A stretch of 43,365 bases of DNA. It comes from Octopus bimaculoides (Eukaryota). The notes below the pieces were generated by a model, which did not search any database, was not told the DNA's origin, and saw only the letters and a program-made list of their open reading frames with translations. Position numbers and translations under genes: made by a program. Of this stretch, positions 1-12,540 are shown piece by piece (position 1 is the stretch's first letter; every line of letters begins with the position of its first letter). The DNA lies in the NCBI RefSeq assembly GCF_001194135.2, contig NC_068998.1, positions 14,766,104 through 14,809,468 of the forward strand, given 5' to 3'.

Positions 1-66
1 TATATATATATATATATATACATGTGTGTGCGGGGGTGTATATATGTATGTATAGAAATATGTGTG

Positions 67-103
<37 letters not shown>

Positions 104-1917
104 GAACCAGATTATTGAAATTATGTTTGTAACATGAGAGAGAACTTGTTTCTCTAAAGCAAATGCACTGCAGTGAATTTGTCTTTAGATGTTGAAATAT
201 ACCATAAACATATTTGAACTAAGTAATTAAAGTTCGCTTATACCTAAACAATGCTTGTCACTGGTACTGCTGAATTTCTCTGGATCTGGCGGTCTTATAC
301 CGCAACTCAGTCAACATATTTGACAATGTTTTAGTTAAAGCCACCACTTTACATCTGCCCATTGTGCATATATAGTATTTATGCAAAACAATAATCTCCT
401 ATGCTTAAGATATTAATTGAGAAGCACTTCCGACAAACACTTCAAAAGGGTAATACTTGAGACCTGTTAAGTTCATTGAAATGTAGGATTAAATGTGAAA
501 AAATTGAAATTTTGAAACAAAAATCGAAATCACCAAAAGAATAAAAAAGAAAAGAACCCTCCTCCACGTCACAAAACCAGAAATCTGAAGACATGTTAGA
601 TATCATAAATAGCATAAAATCACATTGTGTTTCTGAAGGGAAGCAATCTGCAATTTTTTATGGCTTAATCAGAGGAGAAAGAAAAACCCTAGTAGATGAA
701 AGCAAGGCATTTACCCCTAGATCAGCGTCCTAGTTAGAAATCCTATAAAAAAGAGGAGGCCATCCAAAGACCTCGTTATAGTGTTAAAATAGAGGAGGGA
801 TATTCATACCATTTTCGTCGACTCTCGAGTATGGTTGCAAAAATTTATCCATTGTGCATTATTGATACCAATTTCAGAAATTATACGGATGTGAAGTGGA
901 TACATTAACTGTGCAAACATCTGCGTTAAGCTACATTGCTCGTCATACATTACAGAGAATAACGATAGACTTTGCAGGTAATCTTACAATCGATTGACTA
1001 TTCTATAAATATAGAATATGGTGGAATCACAACAGTACGGGCAAAAAATATTCAAAATGCATTACATTATTTTTGTATCTCACTCTTACGAGTACAATTC
1101 TTTCCAGCGTTTCTATTTCCATTTACATATGTGATTCTGTAAGGCAAATCCTTCAAGGATAACGAATAAAATCGCTAAGAAGATACCCATTGTGCTTCGT
1201 AAATGAAGATGCCACACATAAGGTCACATGAACGAAGTCACTTAGTTATGAAGCGATGCTCTTAACTGTACAACCATCGCTGGGTTTCGTCCATTTGTCC
1301 TGCGTATATTGCAGATATTAATGGAAGTCTTCAGGAGTGCCCCTACAATCAACTATATACATAGTCAAGAAGGGGAATTTATCTCAATACAGGTAATAAA
1401 TAATCTTATATATTTTTGTACCTCACTCTTCTGATTTTAATGCATTGCTGTGTTTGTGTTTCTGTGCCATTCAAATATGCGATACCTGTAACACAAATGG
1501 ATAATGGGTATATTTAATCAATAATATAATATTAAAAATTGGCTCTGAGCTCACTAAGAGAAAACGGTATTTAGATGATCACCCTAATTTCTTTTTCGGT
1601 AGATATCCATTAGCAGTAGAATTGCTTACATTAATTAAAAGCAAGTTGTGGCAGAATAGCTTTCATACAGCTGGCGATATAGACACATTTAACTGCAGAG
1701 CACTACAGTGATATTCCGCTTTGCAGACATTATCTACACCCTTAATTACAGATATGTATAGTTTGAATGATAATATGCCATTTCAATATGCCAGCCTGAT
1801 TACATATATAAGTTAGCGTCATCATTATGGACGTTTTCTAATATTCTGCTGTCCATTAGATTCTTAAACAAACCTTCTTAATCCCATATATATACATACA
1901 TGCATGCATACAGACAA

Positions 1918-1960
<43 letters not shown>

Positions 1961-2154
1961 TACATACATACATACATACATACGTACTACGTACGTTCGT
2001 AAATGCATGCATACATGTTAATAATACTAACAGTCCTACCACAAACGCTATTACTAATAGTTGCAATAATAACATCACTAATATCAACTCCTCTCGCATT
2101 GCTAATACTAAGGTTACTACTAATAATGCTACCACCGCCACTGCTGCTGCTACT

Positions 2155-2426
<272 letters not shown>

Positions 2427-3386
2427 NNNNNNNNNNNNNNNNNNNNNNNNNNNNNNNNNNNNNNNNNNNNNNNNNNNNNNNNNNNNNNNNNNNNNNNNNN
2501 NNNNNNNNNNNNNNNNNNNNNNNNNNNNNNNNNNNNNNNNNNNNNNNNNNNNNNNNNNNNNNNNNNNNNNNNNNNNNNNNNNNNNNNNNNNNNNNNNNNN
2601 NNNNNNNNNNNNNNNNNNNNNNNNNNNNNNNNNNNNNNNNNNNNNNNNNNNNNNNNNNNNNNNNNNNNNNNNNNNNNNNNNNNNNNNNNNNNNNNNNNNN
2701 NNNNNNNNNNNNNNNNNNNNNNNNNNNNNNNNNNNNNNNNNNNNNNNNNNNNNNNNNNNNNNNNNNNNNNNNNNNNNNNNNNNNNNNNNNNNNNNNNNNN
2801 NNNNNNNNNNNNNNNNNNNNNNNNNNNNNNNNNNNNNNNNNNNNNNNNNNNNNNNNNNNNNNNNNNNNNNNNNNNNNNNNNNNNNNNNNNNNNNNNNNNN
2901 NNNNNNNNNNNNNNNNNNNNNNNNNNNNNNNNNNNNNNNNNNNNNNNNNNNNNNNNNNNNNNNNNNNNNNNNNNNNNNNNNNNNNNNNNNNNNNNNNNNN
3001 NNNNNNNNNNNNNNNNNNNNNNNNNNNNNNNNNNNNNNNNNNNNNNNNNNNNNNNNNNNNNNNNNNNNNNNNNNNNNNNNNNNNNNNNNNNNNNNNNNNN
3101 NNNNNNNNNNNNNNNNNNNNNNNNNNNNNNNNNNNNNNNNNNNNNNNNNNNNNNNNNNNNNNNNNNNNNNNNNNNNNNNNNNNNNNNNNNNNNNNNNNNN
3201 NNNNNNNNNNNNNNNNNNNNNNNNNNNNNNNNNNNNNNNNNNNNNNNNNNNNNNNNNNNNNNNNNNNNNNNNNNNNNNNNNNNNNNNNNNNNNNNNNNNN
3301 NNNNNNNNNNNNNNNNNNNNNNNNNNNNNNNNNNNNNNNNNNNNNNNNNNNNNNNNNNNNNNNNNNNNNNNNNNNNNNNNNNNNNN
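2427..3386. other. Assembly gap (960 N)
   Basis: Run of N. Confidence 1.
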
Positions 3387-3550
3387 TTCTTATGGTTTCT
3401 TAAACATTCACTTGAACAAAACTGTACAAATCCAAATATATGGTACCCTAGGCATAACACCTACATGAACTTCTAACTTGTTGTCTCTTGAGGTCTCTGG
3501 GTGAGACTTGGATCCAACTTGTACAAATGCAAAACAAAAGTCAAACATAA
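3387..3550 (+). mobile_element. Probable 3' UTR of a non-LTR retrotransposon ending in an (AAT)n tail
   Basis: Complex sequence ending '...caaaagtcaaacataa' directly followed by (AAT)n; resembles a cephalopod LINE 3' end by recall only; no coding motif visible. Confidence 0.3.
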
Positions 3551-3680
<130 letters not shown>

Positions 3681-3852
3681 TATTAATAGCGATGCCAATA
3701 ATAATAGTAATGGTAACGCTGGCGTTGATATTGATAGTAGAAATGAAGGCAATGACAACAACAATACCAGGAACGATTCACCTAATTCTACCCTAATCAC
3801 TACCACCACTACCTCTTTACTCTCTCCAATTAACCATCATAGAACTGATAGC

Positions 3853-4228
3853 TGCAACTGCAGATCTGGGACAGACTGCCCGCTGTAAGCCCATTGCAGA
3901 AGATTCAACGTCGTATACCAATGCACCGTTCACATCATAGCAAATAACCCCTATAGTTACTACAGTGAATCTACTACAAATTTTAAACAAAAACATTATG
4001 CACATTTAAATATAAAGAGAATAGCAATTCCAGCCACGTACGCCATCAAATTAATGGAAAAATACAATATAGACTTCCTTGGCTATATTAGACTCTGGTA
4101 TCCTATATCAGGGCCAGCACTGCATTTGTGGACTCTGCTTAAAAGAAACTCTCAAAATTTTGACCCATAATGAACATAACGAAACCTTTACAACATGTAA
4201 AAAAATTCTTCCATTTTGCTCAATGTAA
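3853..4228 (+). mobile_element. Decayed Penelope-like element, Cys linker plus GIY-YIG endonuclease end
   Basis: Translates to CNCRSGTDCPL*AHCRRFNVVYQCTV...YYSESTTNFKQKHYAH and, after a frameshift, CICGLCLKETLKIL; matches the PLE pattern CNCR..CPL..C..VVY..V..YIG..FK.R..H and C-terminal C.LCL.EK..IL; stop and frameshift present. Confidence 0.75.
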
Positions 4229-4735
4229 ATCCCCCCCCCCCCATTACGAATAACACCCACATAAAAACTTCCATGGTCGTTAACACATACACATCTATAT
4301 TTCTTCTATCAACCTTTCCTCATCAATTTATACGATAAATATTAATTTATTTTTAAACATTAATCTAATAAATCCCCTAATATTTTTACCATTTGGCCAG
4401 AATGGTACGGAGGTAAATAAACTGTCCCGAAGTGAATGGGCTACATTTAAAAATAATTAAAGGGTAAAATCATTAAGATTAATGAATATCATCAGTGGCA
4501 AGCATATAAAAAAAGCCTTTTTAGGTAAAATACGTATATAGAGATATATAATTGTATAGGATATAATAATACTTAATGGCACGGAAGCTACCATGTCTAT
4601 ATACTGAAAATAGACGTCAAATACGTCCAGCCACTTCAGATCGTCAATTCATATATACACAGGTTGAAAGCGAGAAAGCAGGCATAACAATTTTAATTTT
4701 AAAAATGTTCAAAACTTTTGGCCACGACTGTAAAC

Positions 4736-5001
4736 CAGTGAACCTTAACCATTTTTATTTACCTATGATCCCCTTTGATACCTATTTTACTTGGATGGAC
4801 TCTCATAGACATTTGTTGTTTAAAATATTTTTTATAATTAAATATTATTAGACATTGTATTAAAAATTGCTAAAATTATTTTGTGCATTGTAGCATAGTA
4901 GTCAGTTTATTGGACATACATGTTAACAACAATCTTGTCTTTTAACAACAATCTAATGTAGACCCCCCAAGGGTTATATGGACCCCGATTGAGAACCACT
5001 G
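4736..5001 (-). mobile_element. hAT-type MITE (266 bp)
   Basis: Left end cagtgaaccttaacc, right end gattgagaaccactg (reverse complement cagtggttctcaatc); 8-bp flanks ctgtaaac / cggtaaac (7/8); homologous in reverse to 37469-37820. Confidence 0.75.
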
Positions 5002-7943
5002 CGGTAAACATTCAGGCACAAGTTTTCAACGTTTTTTTCCATTAGCATCATGTTTAAAATAACGGCTTTCAAAATATTTAAAACTTTACTGTATGTATCT
5101 ACAACTTCCATTAAATACGATAAGAAAAACAGGAATATTTCCGGTGTTACTTCATTGATATGTATCACCATTTACGAAATGGTGCCGGAATTATTAGCAT
5201 TTCGGTTCGGCAAGAATATCTTTTGAATACAGCTGTATATTGGGTTTTTAATGAGCTTGATCGATAACTAACTTCTGTGAGATTCCCATACGTCCAATAA
5301 GCTAGTGTAAACGGAAATAAAAATTGAGTTCACGTATCTTTCTTTCCAATGTAAATAATGTGTTTCGTTATATCGATGTTAGGGGAAAATACCCGAAATT
5401 TTCCAGATTTAAAAAAATACAAAAATAAAATAAATAATGCTATCTTTTAAACTATGGATATAGTATGTATAACCTTTATCCTTTATTAGGTAACCTTTAG
5501 ATTAACGATATGAATTGCGTTTTATATTCTATATGCAGAACAAGTGTTTTTGACAGTTTAGCTTTAAAAGAAGTTCAATTACATTTACAACGAATACCTA
5601 TGCCGTCAGAAAACTTGAAAGTTTTTTTCTTTTGCCTAGAGCTGAGAATAGATGACTAACATCTATTTTAAAACTAATCAAAAGACGAAGAAATGGCAAT
5701 TGTTAAATTTAGCCAAAACCGAACATACGAATCAAGATAGCTGTACTGGAATAATATACAATACTAATGACGTAATTACCTTATATTTAAAACTAGTACT
5801 GTTATTCGATATTTCCAGTAATAGAATATGCCAAAAGACTAAAAACAACCAACATTCAAAGACAGAAAGGGTGCCAATATGATGGCATCGACAAATCATA
5901 AAAGTAGACTCAACATCATGTTATTGAACAACTGTTCAACAAACATGACCTATTCGATTTGGTTGGAAAGTTGTTTTTTTTTAAGCGAAAAACAGCAACA
6001 CAAAAAAGACAAAATTCGACAGCTACATATGTAGTTATATTCAACTCAGTCACTTTTCACTTGAGATAGACGAAGAGTGTAATAAAGATATCAAATAATG
6101 TAGTTTGTTTTTTCCTAAAGTTAAAGACCGGCAAATACAGGAGTGCCTCTTGCACATTGAACAGGCACAATGATTTAACAAAGCCAACTTATTTGTTTAT
6201 ATCTTCCGCTTTTCAATAACTGATCTTGCTTCTAATTAAAATACTTCTTCAAAATATATGACTGTATATGGGGCAGTTATATATTTTGACGCGAGAAAAT
6301 ATAAAGTATTGCAAAAGACAACGCATTTACAGTCTGTGACGTAATTAGTGATACCAACTTCTCTTTTACGCTGATATGTTGTCTGCAGTTGTTAACTGGC
6401 GGCAGCCATCTACTGTGTATCTCAGGATGTTTTTACTCAAGATGATTAAATTATGCGATTAGTTAAACATATAACAAAAAAAAACTGTTTAAAAATTCTT
6501 TAGAAATTTTAAAGTAGAAAACACGATACAGCATGTTTGATAGAATTTGTATTTCCATGATTACGAGATTTTCAAAACACTCTTTAGAAATATTAGTGTA
6601 GTTTCAAATCAAGAAAATATCGACCCACAAAACAGAGAGATTCTCATACTGAAAATGTTATGCTTGCAATATAATGAAGACTGCAATCATAAGAAAGAGA
6701 AACAGGGATTTTTGACAAACTCTTTTAAATTCGGACATAAATAGAGAAAATTCAGTTTAATACGTTATAGCTTTTGCAGTAAAAACTTAACGTATGTGGA
6801 ATTAGCAATGACTCATGAAATACATTCACACATTAATGTAATAAACGTTTACATAAAAACTAACTGTACCATATTGAGAAGAATCTCCAATGCTCTGAAC
6901 ACACAGAGCACTGAACATAAAGTTTAATGTCTGATTAAAAACAACAGAGGAAAATGATTGACTAAGCCATATTTAGAATAATAAACCAGCAAAATGGTTT
7001 GGACGGTTTTATAAAATCAATTTTAGACAAGATAATTAAAGACAGAAGGTTAAATACAAGTATGGTCCATTACAAAAAAATGTCGGGTTATAGATTGCTT
7101 CAAATAAAACGGAAAAAGCTAACTGTAGATACATCTATTTCAGCATTATTGATTACCATTCCCCAATATGCAGAGATGTGTTGTCTAAAATCCATCTATG
7201 GAATTCAATACCGTACAAACGGAAATAGACAAACACGTCCGAATATTTCTTGAACTGAATATGTTTCTTGGGTACAAAAATGGTGCAGCAATTGCTTACA
7301 ATGTTAACATATAGTTTGGGGTAAAGTTTACGTAACAGTAGTCTTATCAGATCCAATCAAATTTGAGTTAGCTTAATTCGTAATAGTAAAACACCTTCAT
7401 TCTTAAAATGCAACGAGCAATTTACGTTACATTTACTGTATTATTTATTAGCAACGAAGCAATATTAGGAATAAAAGAGAATCTTTATATCCAGCTGAAC
7501 GTGGTTGTGTTGTTGGAAGCGGGATACAGTGGTATTTACCTTGATATGTGGTCTCATATAGACATGTGGTCTCATATAGACGCATATAGACATAAATCGT
7601 AGCGGATGTGAATGGTCTGGTATGAGCACCGGAGCTGCCAAATCACAACATTTTAGTGGTATGCACTTCTTCAGTGGTCCGCATACCAGACAAATCTCGC
7701 TGCGATAATATGGAGAATATCAGTGTCTTTTCAGTTACTGATGGTGCAAATAGCTATCAGGCTTATTTAGAAATAATTATTAGCGACGGAAGCAGTATTA
7801 CAACTAAAAAAAAGGCAGTCTTTTATATTCGACGTAACGTAGATGACTTGTTATAACGTCAAATACTGCGGTCTTCACCTTGAGACTTCCTCTCATATAG
7901 ATACATGGTGTATAAAAGTATTCATATACATCTTAGCAGGGGA

Positions 7944-7964
7944 TACTACTACTACTACTACTAC

Positions 7965-8008
<44 letters not shown>

Positions 8009-8015
8009 GTAATAA
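7944..8015. repeat. (ACT)n(AAT)n microsatellite
   Basis: Direct reading. Confidence 0.97.
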
Positions 8016-8260
8016 TGTTATTCGAAAACGTTCCACACCCAAGCATACTCTTGTTTTTCCACACAAATAAAGTATCTTCAACACTATTAACACATAGGCG
8101 AGCAATGGAAAATTGGAAAGCCAGCACAGAATCGAACAATGAGTCACGAGTCATTAAAATCTGCCTTACACCCACAGGAAGAAGAATCTTCCAAGGAGGC
8201 TCGTTGTCTCCCCCCATCTTTCTCGTCTGCCTTGCTCTGGTTGCACAACCAAAAGCATAA
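8016..8260 (+). mobile_element. Reverse transcriptase fragment of an R4/Dong-like (RLE-type) non-LTR retrotransposon
   Basis: ORF 8015-8260: FENVPHPSIL...AMENWK...RRIFQGGSLSPPIFLVCL, matching YDSVPHSWIL...M.NW...RGIFQGDSLSPLLF of RT motifs 3-4. Confidence 0.8.
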
Positions 8261-8290
8261 CTTTTAAAATGTGACCATAGTTTCACAAGG

Positions 8291-8422
8291 ATACCAGAAT
8301 TAGCTCCGAAAGGGTAAAAAGCAAAGTTGACCTCGGCGGAATTTGAACTCAGAACGGAGAAACGGACGAACTGCAGCTAAGTGTTTTGTACGGCGTGCTA
8401 ACAACTATGCTATTTCACTGCC
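8291..8422 (-). mobile_element. SINE family A (tRNA-derived), 5' half
   Basis: gcaaagttgacctcggcggaatttgaactcagaac is the reverse complement of the family core gttctgagttcaaattccgccgaggtcgactttgc. Confidence 0.85.
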
Positions 8423-8454
8423 TTCTCTTGGATTTGAATATTAATATCACAAAA

Positions 8455-8672
8455 GGCGGCGAACTACCAGAATCGTTAGCATGCCGGGCAGAATGCTTAA
8501 TGGCATTTCGTCCGTCTTTACGTTGTGAGTTCAAATTCCGCCGAGATATACTTTGCCTTTTATTCTTTCGGGGTCGATAAAATAAGTATCAGTAAACACT
8601 GAGGTCGATGCTATCGACTTACAACCCTCCCACGGAATTCCTAGCCTTGTATCAAAATCTAAAACCAATATT
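8455..8672 (+). mobile_element. SINE family A, near full length
   Basis: ggcggcgaactaccagaatcgttagc...gagttcaaattccgccgag...ggggtcgataaaataagta...; B-box-like GAGTTCAAATTC; many homologues in the window. Confidence 0.9.
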
Positions 8673-9352
8673 ACTTTTAACTAACTAAATGCATATTTTC
8701 CATTCTCTTTAAATCTGGAAGTGTCTTGGAGTAAGTTGCAATAAAGACTATAGCTTTTTCATACTAGTAGTGTTTCGAGCTGAACTTTGAATTTTATCTC
8801 GTTTTGTAAATTATTCCCTTGCAGGATATAAAATATCACCAAGCTTATCATACGACAGACGGTTTGTTTTATCGGAGAACTTAAGTTAGCTTTATATATA
8901 AATTATTCCTGATTTTAAATGACTTAACTTATTAAATTTTCATTACTCACTACTGTTGGATATTTGTCCCCTTGCAACATATTCACGGAACTGTTTTTCT
9001 CGATAGTTCCAGACATTTTATTCTGCCTTTTCTTATTTTCGTATTTTTTTCATTTGTTTGTCTTTATGAACGAATAATTATGTATTTTTTGTTATTGTTT
9101 GCTTTTTGCTTTCTTATTAGATATTTTTCATTCTTTTGTTAATATTTATTTTCTTGGTTTTTTTCTCTCGATTATTATGTAACGACATATAACAGCACTC
9201 CGTAACATTTCGATAACTAACTACATCGCCTATGGGCATTAAATTTGGATAAAAATAACAGTAAAGGGACATAGATTAGATACACAAACGCACGCATATA
9301 CATATGAGCGCGTGTCTGAACATGTATGTACGTACGTATATATGTGTGTATG

Positions 9353-9354
<2 letters not shown>

Positions 9355-9425
<71 letters not shown>
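9355..9425. repeat. (CT)n(TA)n compound microsatellite
   Basis: Direct reading. Confidence 0.97.
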
Positions 9426-9428
<3 letters not shown>

Positions 9429-9732
9429 AGTAAAAATAAATACAAAAAAAGGTGGATTTTTTTGTATGATTGTGTATAGAGGAATATATTATTTTGCTTA
9501 AAAGAGTTCCAACACTGTCTGTTTTTTATGTTTTATTTATATTCCTGCAGAACTAATGTGGGGTATAGAATATGGAATATACAATATATAATATAATATA
9601 CAATATATAATATAAAATAAAATAAAAATGGATGGCACCATGAAATAAAGTATTGAATGTAGATGAAATATTGAGTGTTCAATATAAAGGATCAAATATA
9701 TAAATATATAAATATAAATATATATATATAAA

Positions 9733-9772
9733 GGCGACTCGAGTTTCAGGGCTATTTCCCTTCGTCATGGCC
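9733..9772 (-). ncRNA. Minimal type I hammerhead ribozyme motif (Penelope pLTR/retrozyme type), one extra nucleotide in the core
   Basis: Minus strand GGC-C(A)UGACGA-AGGG-aaauag-CCCU-GAAAC-ucga-GUC-GCC: stem I GGC/GCC, stem II AGGG/CCCU, stem III AC/GU with palindromic UCGA loop, GUC cleavage triplet. Confidence 0.7.
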
Positions 9773-10909
9773 GGTATGACAGTCTTTAACAGACTGTAAT
9801 AAGTTGGCTGGTTTTCTGTCTTTTATGTATGTATGTATATATGTAATGAAAAGCGTGACATAGAGGATCAAGAAAGGAATATACAGGAAATACGAAAGCA
9901 CGACACAGATGGACGCAAACACGTTCGAACTGTACATTAGTTGTCAACAGGATATAACCACAATTTCAGCTTCTTCTAGTTCGCCTATACATAAAAACCC
10001 TGTCTTGAGGATGTCAAAATCTTCGTCTTTCTCATGATTTTCATCATCATCAACTTCGTCATCATCACCGTTGTCGCTGTCATCATTATCATCATATACG
10101 ACTGTATATGAAGCTCAGTATAAATAAGGTATGAAGGAAAAAATTAACTAAAGCCTGAAATGCAAACTAGGACAGACAACAAAAGCGAAACGAATATAGA
10201 AATGCCAAAATTAATTATTTTTATATTTATGAATAACAGTAGGAGACAATTACTGCTGGTAAAAGTATAACGAAGGAAAATATAATATATAGACAAGACA
10301 TAATGGTTCTAATAGTGTGATATATACTAAACAAAAAAGTAAGCCAAAAACGTGAGGCAGTTCCCAATCTTCAGGATAAGGGTAAGGATTACCCTATTTG
10401 ATACATTAAACTATGCGTGGTTTTGGAAAGGATATACGAGTTGAAACAGAGACTGTAACGGTCGAGATTCACGTGTATGTTTACATAGGTGGAAAAGTTT
10501 ATACAAAATATTTTTCTGGGATATAGTTGATCATACATACAAGTCCCTTAACCACGCTACCGAAGTCTAACTAAGGTGAAAGCTAATGAGTTTGGTCGAC
10601 AAAGCTTGGCATCGTCACAGGAGTTGCCGTCAGAATGCAAAAAGGTCGACGAGATGGGACAAGACACCTTGCCTAACTCTGTGACAGTTCCTCCGTCTCA
10701 ATGATTTTTATCTGCCCCGAAAGAGCAAGTGTCAAAGTAGACCTCAGGGCAAACAGCCAGAATAAATACCATGAGAAATCTTATCTAGGGGTCCAACGAT
10801 TTGGCAAATTTTGGTATTGCAGAAGAACAACACATGTTCATAACTTTTCGGTCATTTGCTCGACAATTTTTAAAAACAAACAAATGACCGAAAAATAATG
10901 AGCTTATCC

Positions 10910-10975
10910 TAGCCAGAATTGAACCCACAAAATAACACTGAGACGTCTCCTTGCGCATCCGACTGGGCCAAACGC
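10910..10975 (-). mobile_element. tRNA-like SINE head fragment
   Basis: Minus strand TGGCCCAGTCGG (A-box-like) and GGGTTCAATTCTGG (B-box-like); no cloverleaf. Confidence 0.4.
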
Positions 10976-11932
10976 TCACCCATCAATTTCATCCAAATTT
11001 AATGAAAAAATTCTTAAACTGCTCAATATTACATATAATATTTGTAAACAAACCAGAAAGACTTTGTAATTTACGGAGAGAAAACTACTATGGAAGATCA
11101 TGCTTTTTGAAACGTATTTTCTATTTATTTGACATTTTTATAATCCGTTTATTGCATTGAGGCTGGCTTTTCAATTCGTAATTTTTGTATCTTTGTTCAA
11201 CCTCATATGTATCAGAAGCTTTAAGATTATTATGTTTATTATATTGCAGGTGCGAACCCACGAGGCTAATTTTCATTGTAGTTCTTGTAGATTGTTGGTT
11301 GTTGTTGCTCCTTTTATTGTTGTTCTTGTTATTAAAATTTTCATTATTCGCCCAATTAATACTATTTTTATTTTATTTTGCGAAGCGTGTCAATCTCATA
11401 ATTCAAATAGATAAACAATTGCATTTGTAACCAACACTGCCATCTCGTAAATTTGACGCTGTCATCGTCGTAATTGTCATCGTCACCATCACGGTCATCG
11501 TCGTCACAATCATCATAATCATCGTTAACATCATCAAATACAAAATGATAGCCAACGTCATCATAAGTAAAGGATAGGAGAAACAAATAAAGTAGAAAAC
11601 ACATAAAACAAATAGTATAAAACTATGAGCGAAAAAAGAGAGAAATTTAGAAAGTATCTAAATTAATTTTTATATTAAAGAATAACATTTATTGGTCAGG
11701 CGAGTAATTAAATTCCAAAGACGAAAAAAAATATTGACACTCGAGTAGATGAAGGAAATAATTTATCAAAATATTATCTTTGCAAATAGAATCTGACATG
11801 CGTTTCACTAAAATCTACAGTCAGAATATCAGTGAGAAAATACTGAATGGAGCCATGTCGGTGGAATGAAGATTAAATAGTGAGTGAGGTTCGCATGAAT
11901 AGTTTTTTTAATTTTTTTATTAGTCTTAAAGT

Positions 11933-12255
11933 TAATAATGGTTTCGAATTTTGAAACGAGGACTGCAAGTTTTAGGTGTTTTGATGGGGTAGTCGATCAC
12001 ACCCATTCCAGTGGATGTGTTGTACTTTATTTCAACTACCTGTAAGGAGGAATTGCAAACCTGACCATGGCAGGACTTGAACTCGGAATGTAAAGAAATG
12101 GAAGAAGTGCTTCTAAGAATTTTGTCCAACGTGCAAAAGATTCTGTTAGTTTGCTTCCTTCTTAATGTTTGCTTCCTTTCTACTATAAATGCAAAGCCTA
12201 AAATTTTGGTAGAGGAGGGATAGTCAGTTACATCGACACCAATGCTCAATTTTGA
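11933..12255 (-). mobile_element. SINE family A, one full decayed copy (11933-12158) plus a 3' fragment (12175-12255)
   Basis: ggacttgaactcggaatgtaaagaaatggaagaa matches the reverse family core; 3' end motifs aaattttggtagagg...gactacatcgac-like. Confidence 0.75.
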
Positions 12256-12540
12256 AGTATCACAGAGCCTGCTTCCTTTGAAAATGAAGAAAGCATTGAA
12301 TAATGTTGACCTAGCTACACATTACCTGAGAATAACTTTGATGGCTATAAGTGAACACATTTGATCATTAGTAAAAGTGCAGAAATTGAAACATCTTGTG
12401 TTTAACAGCAGTAAATTTTATTCCTCGTAGCATAGAATTCATGGCACATTTGACTTGAAGTGTGCTTGATGGCGGCTGATCACGAATTAAATATCAACTG
12501 CTAAAAACAAATATTGTACAAATATTCCTTATAATGCTAT

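Noticed and set aside
7546-7590. 18-bp tandem duplication atgtggtctcatatagac
   Set aside because: Ordinary slippage duplication with no further structure.
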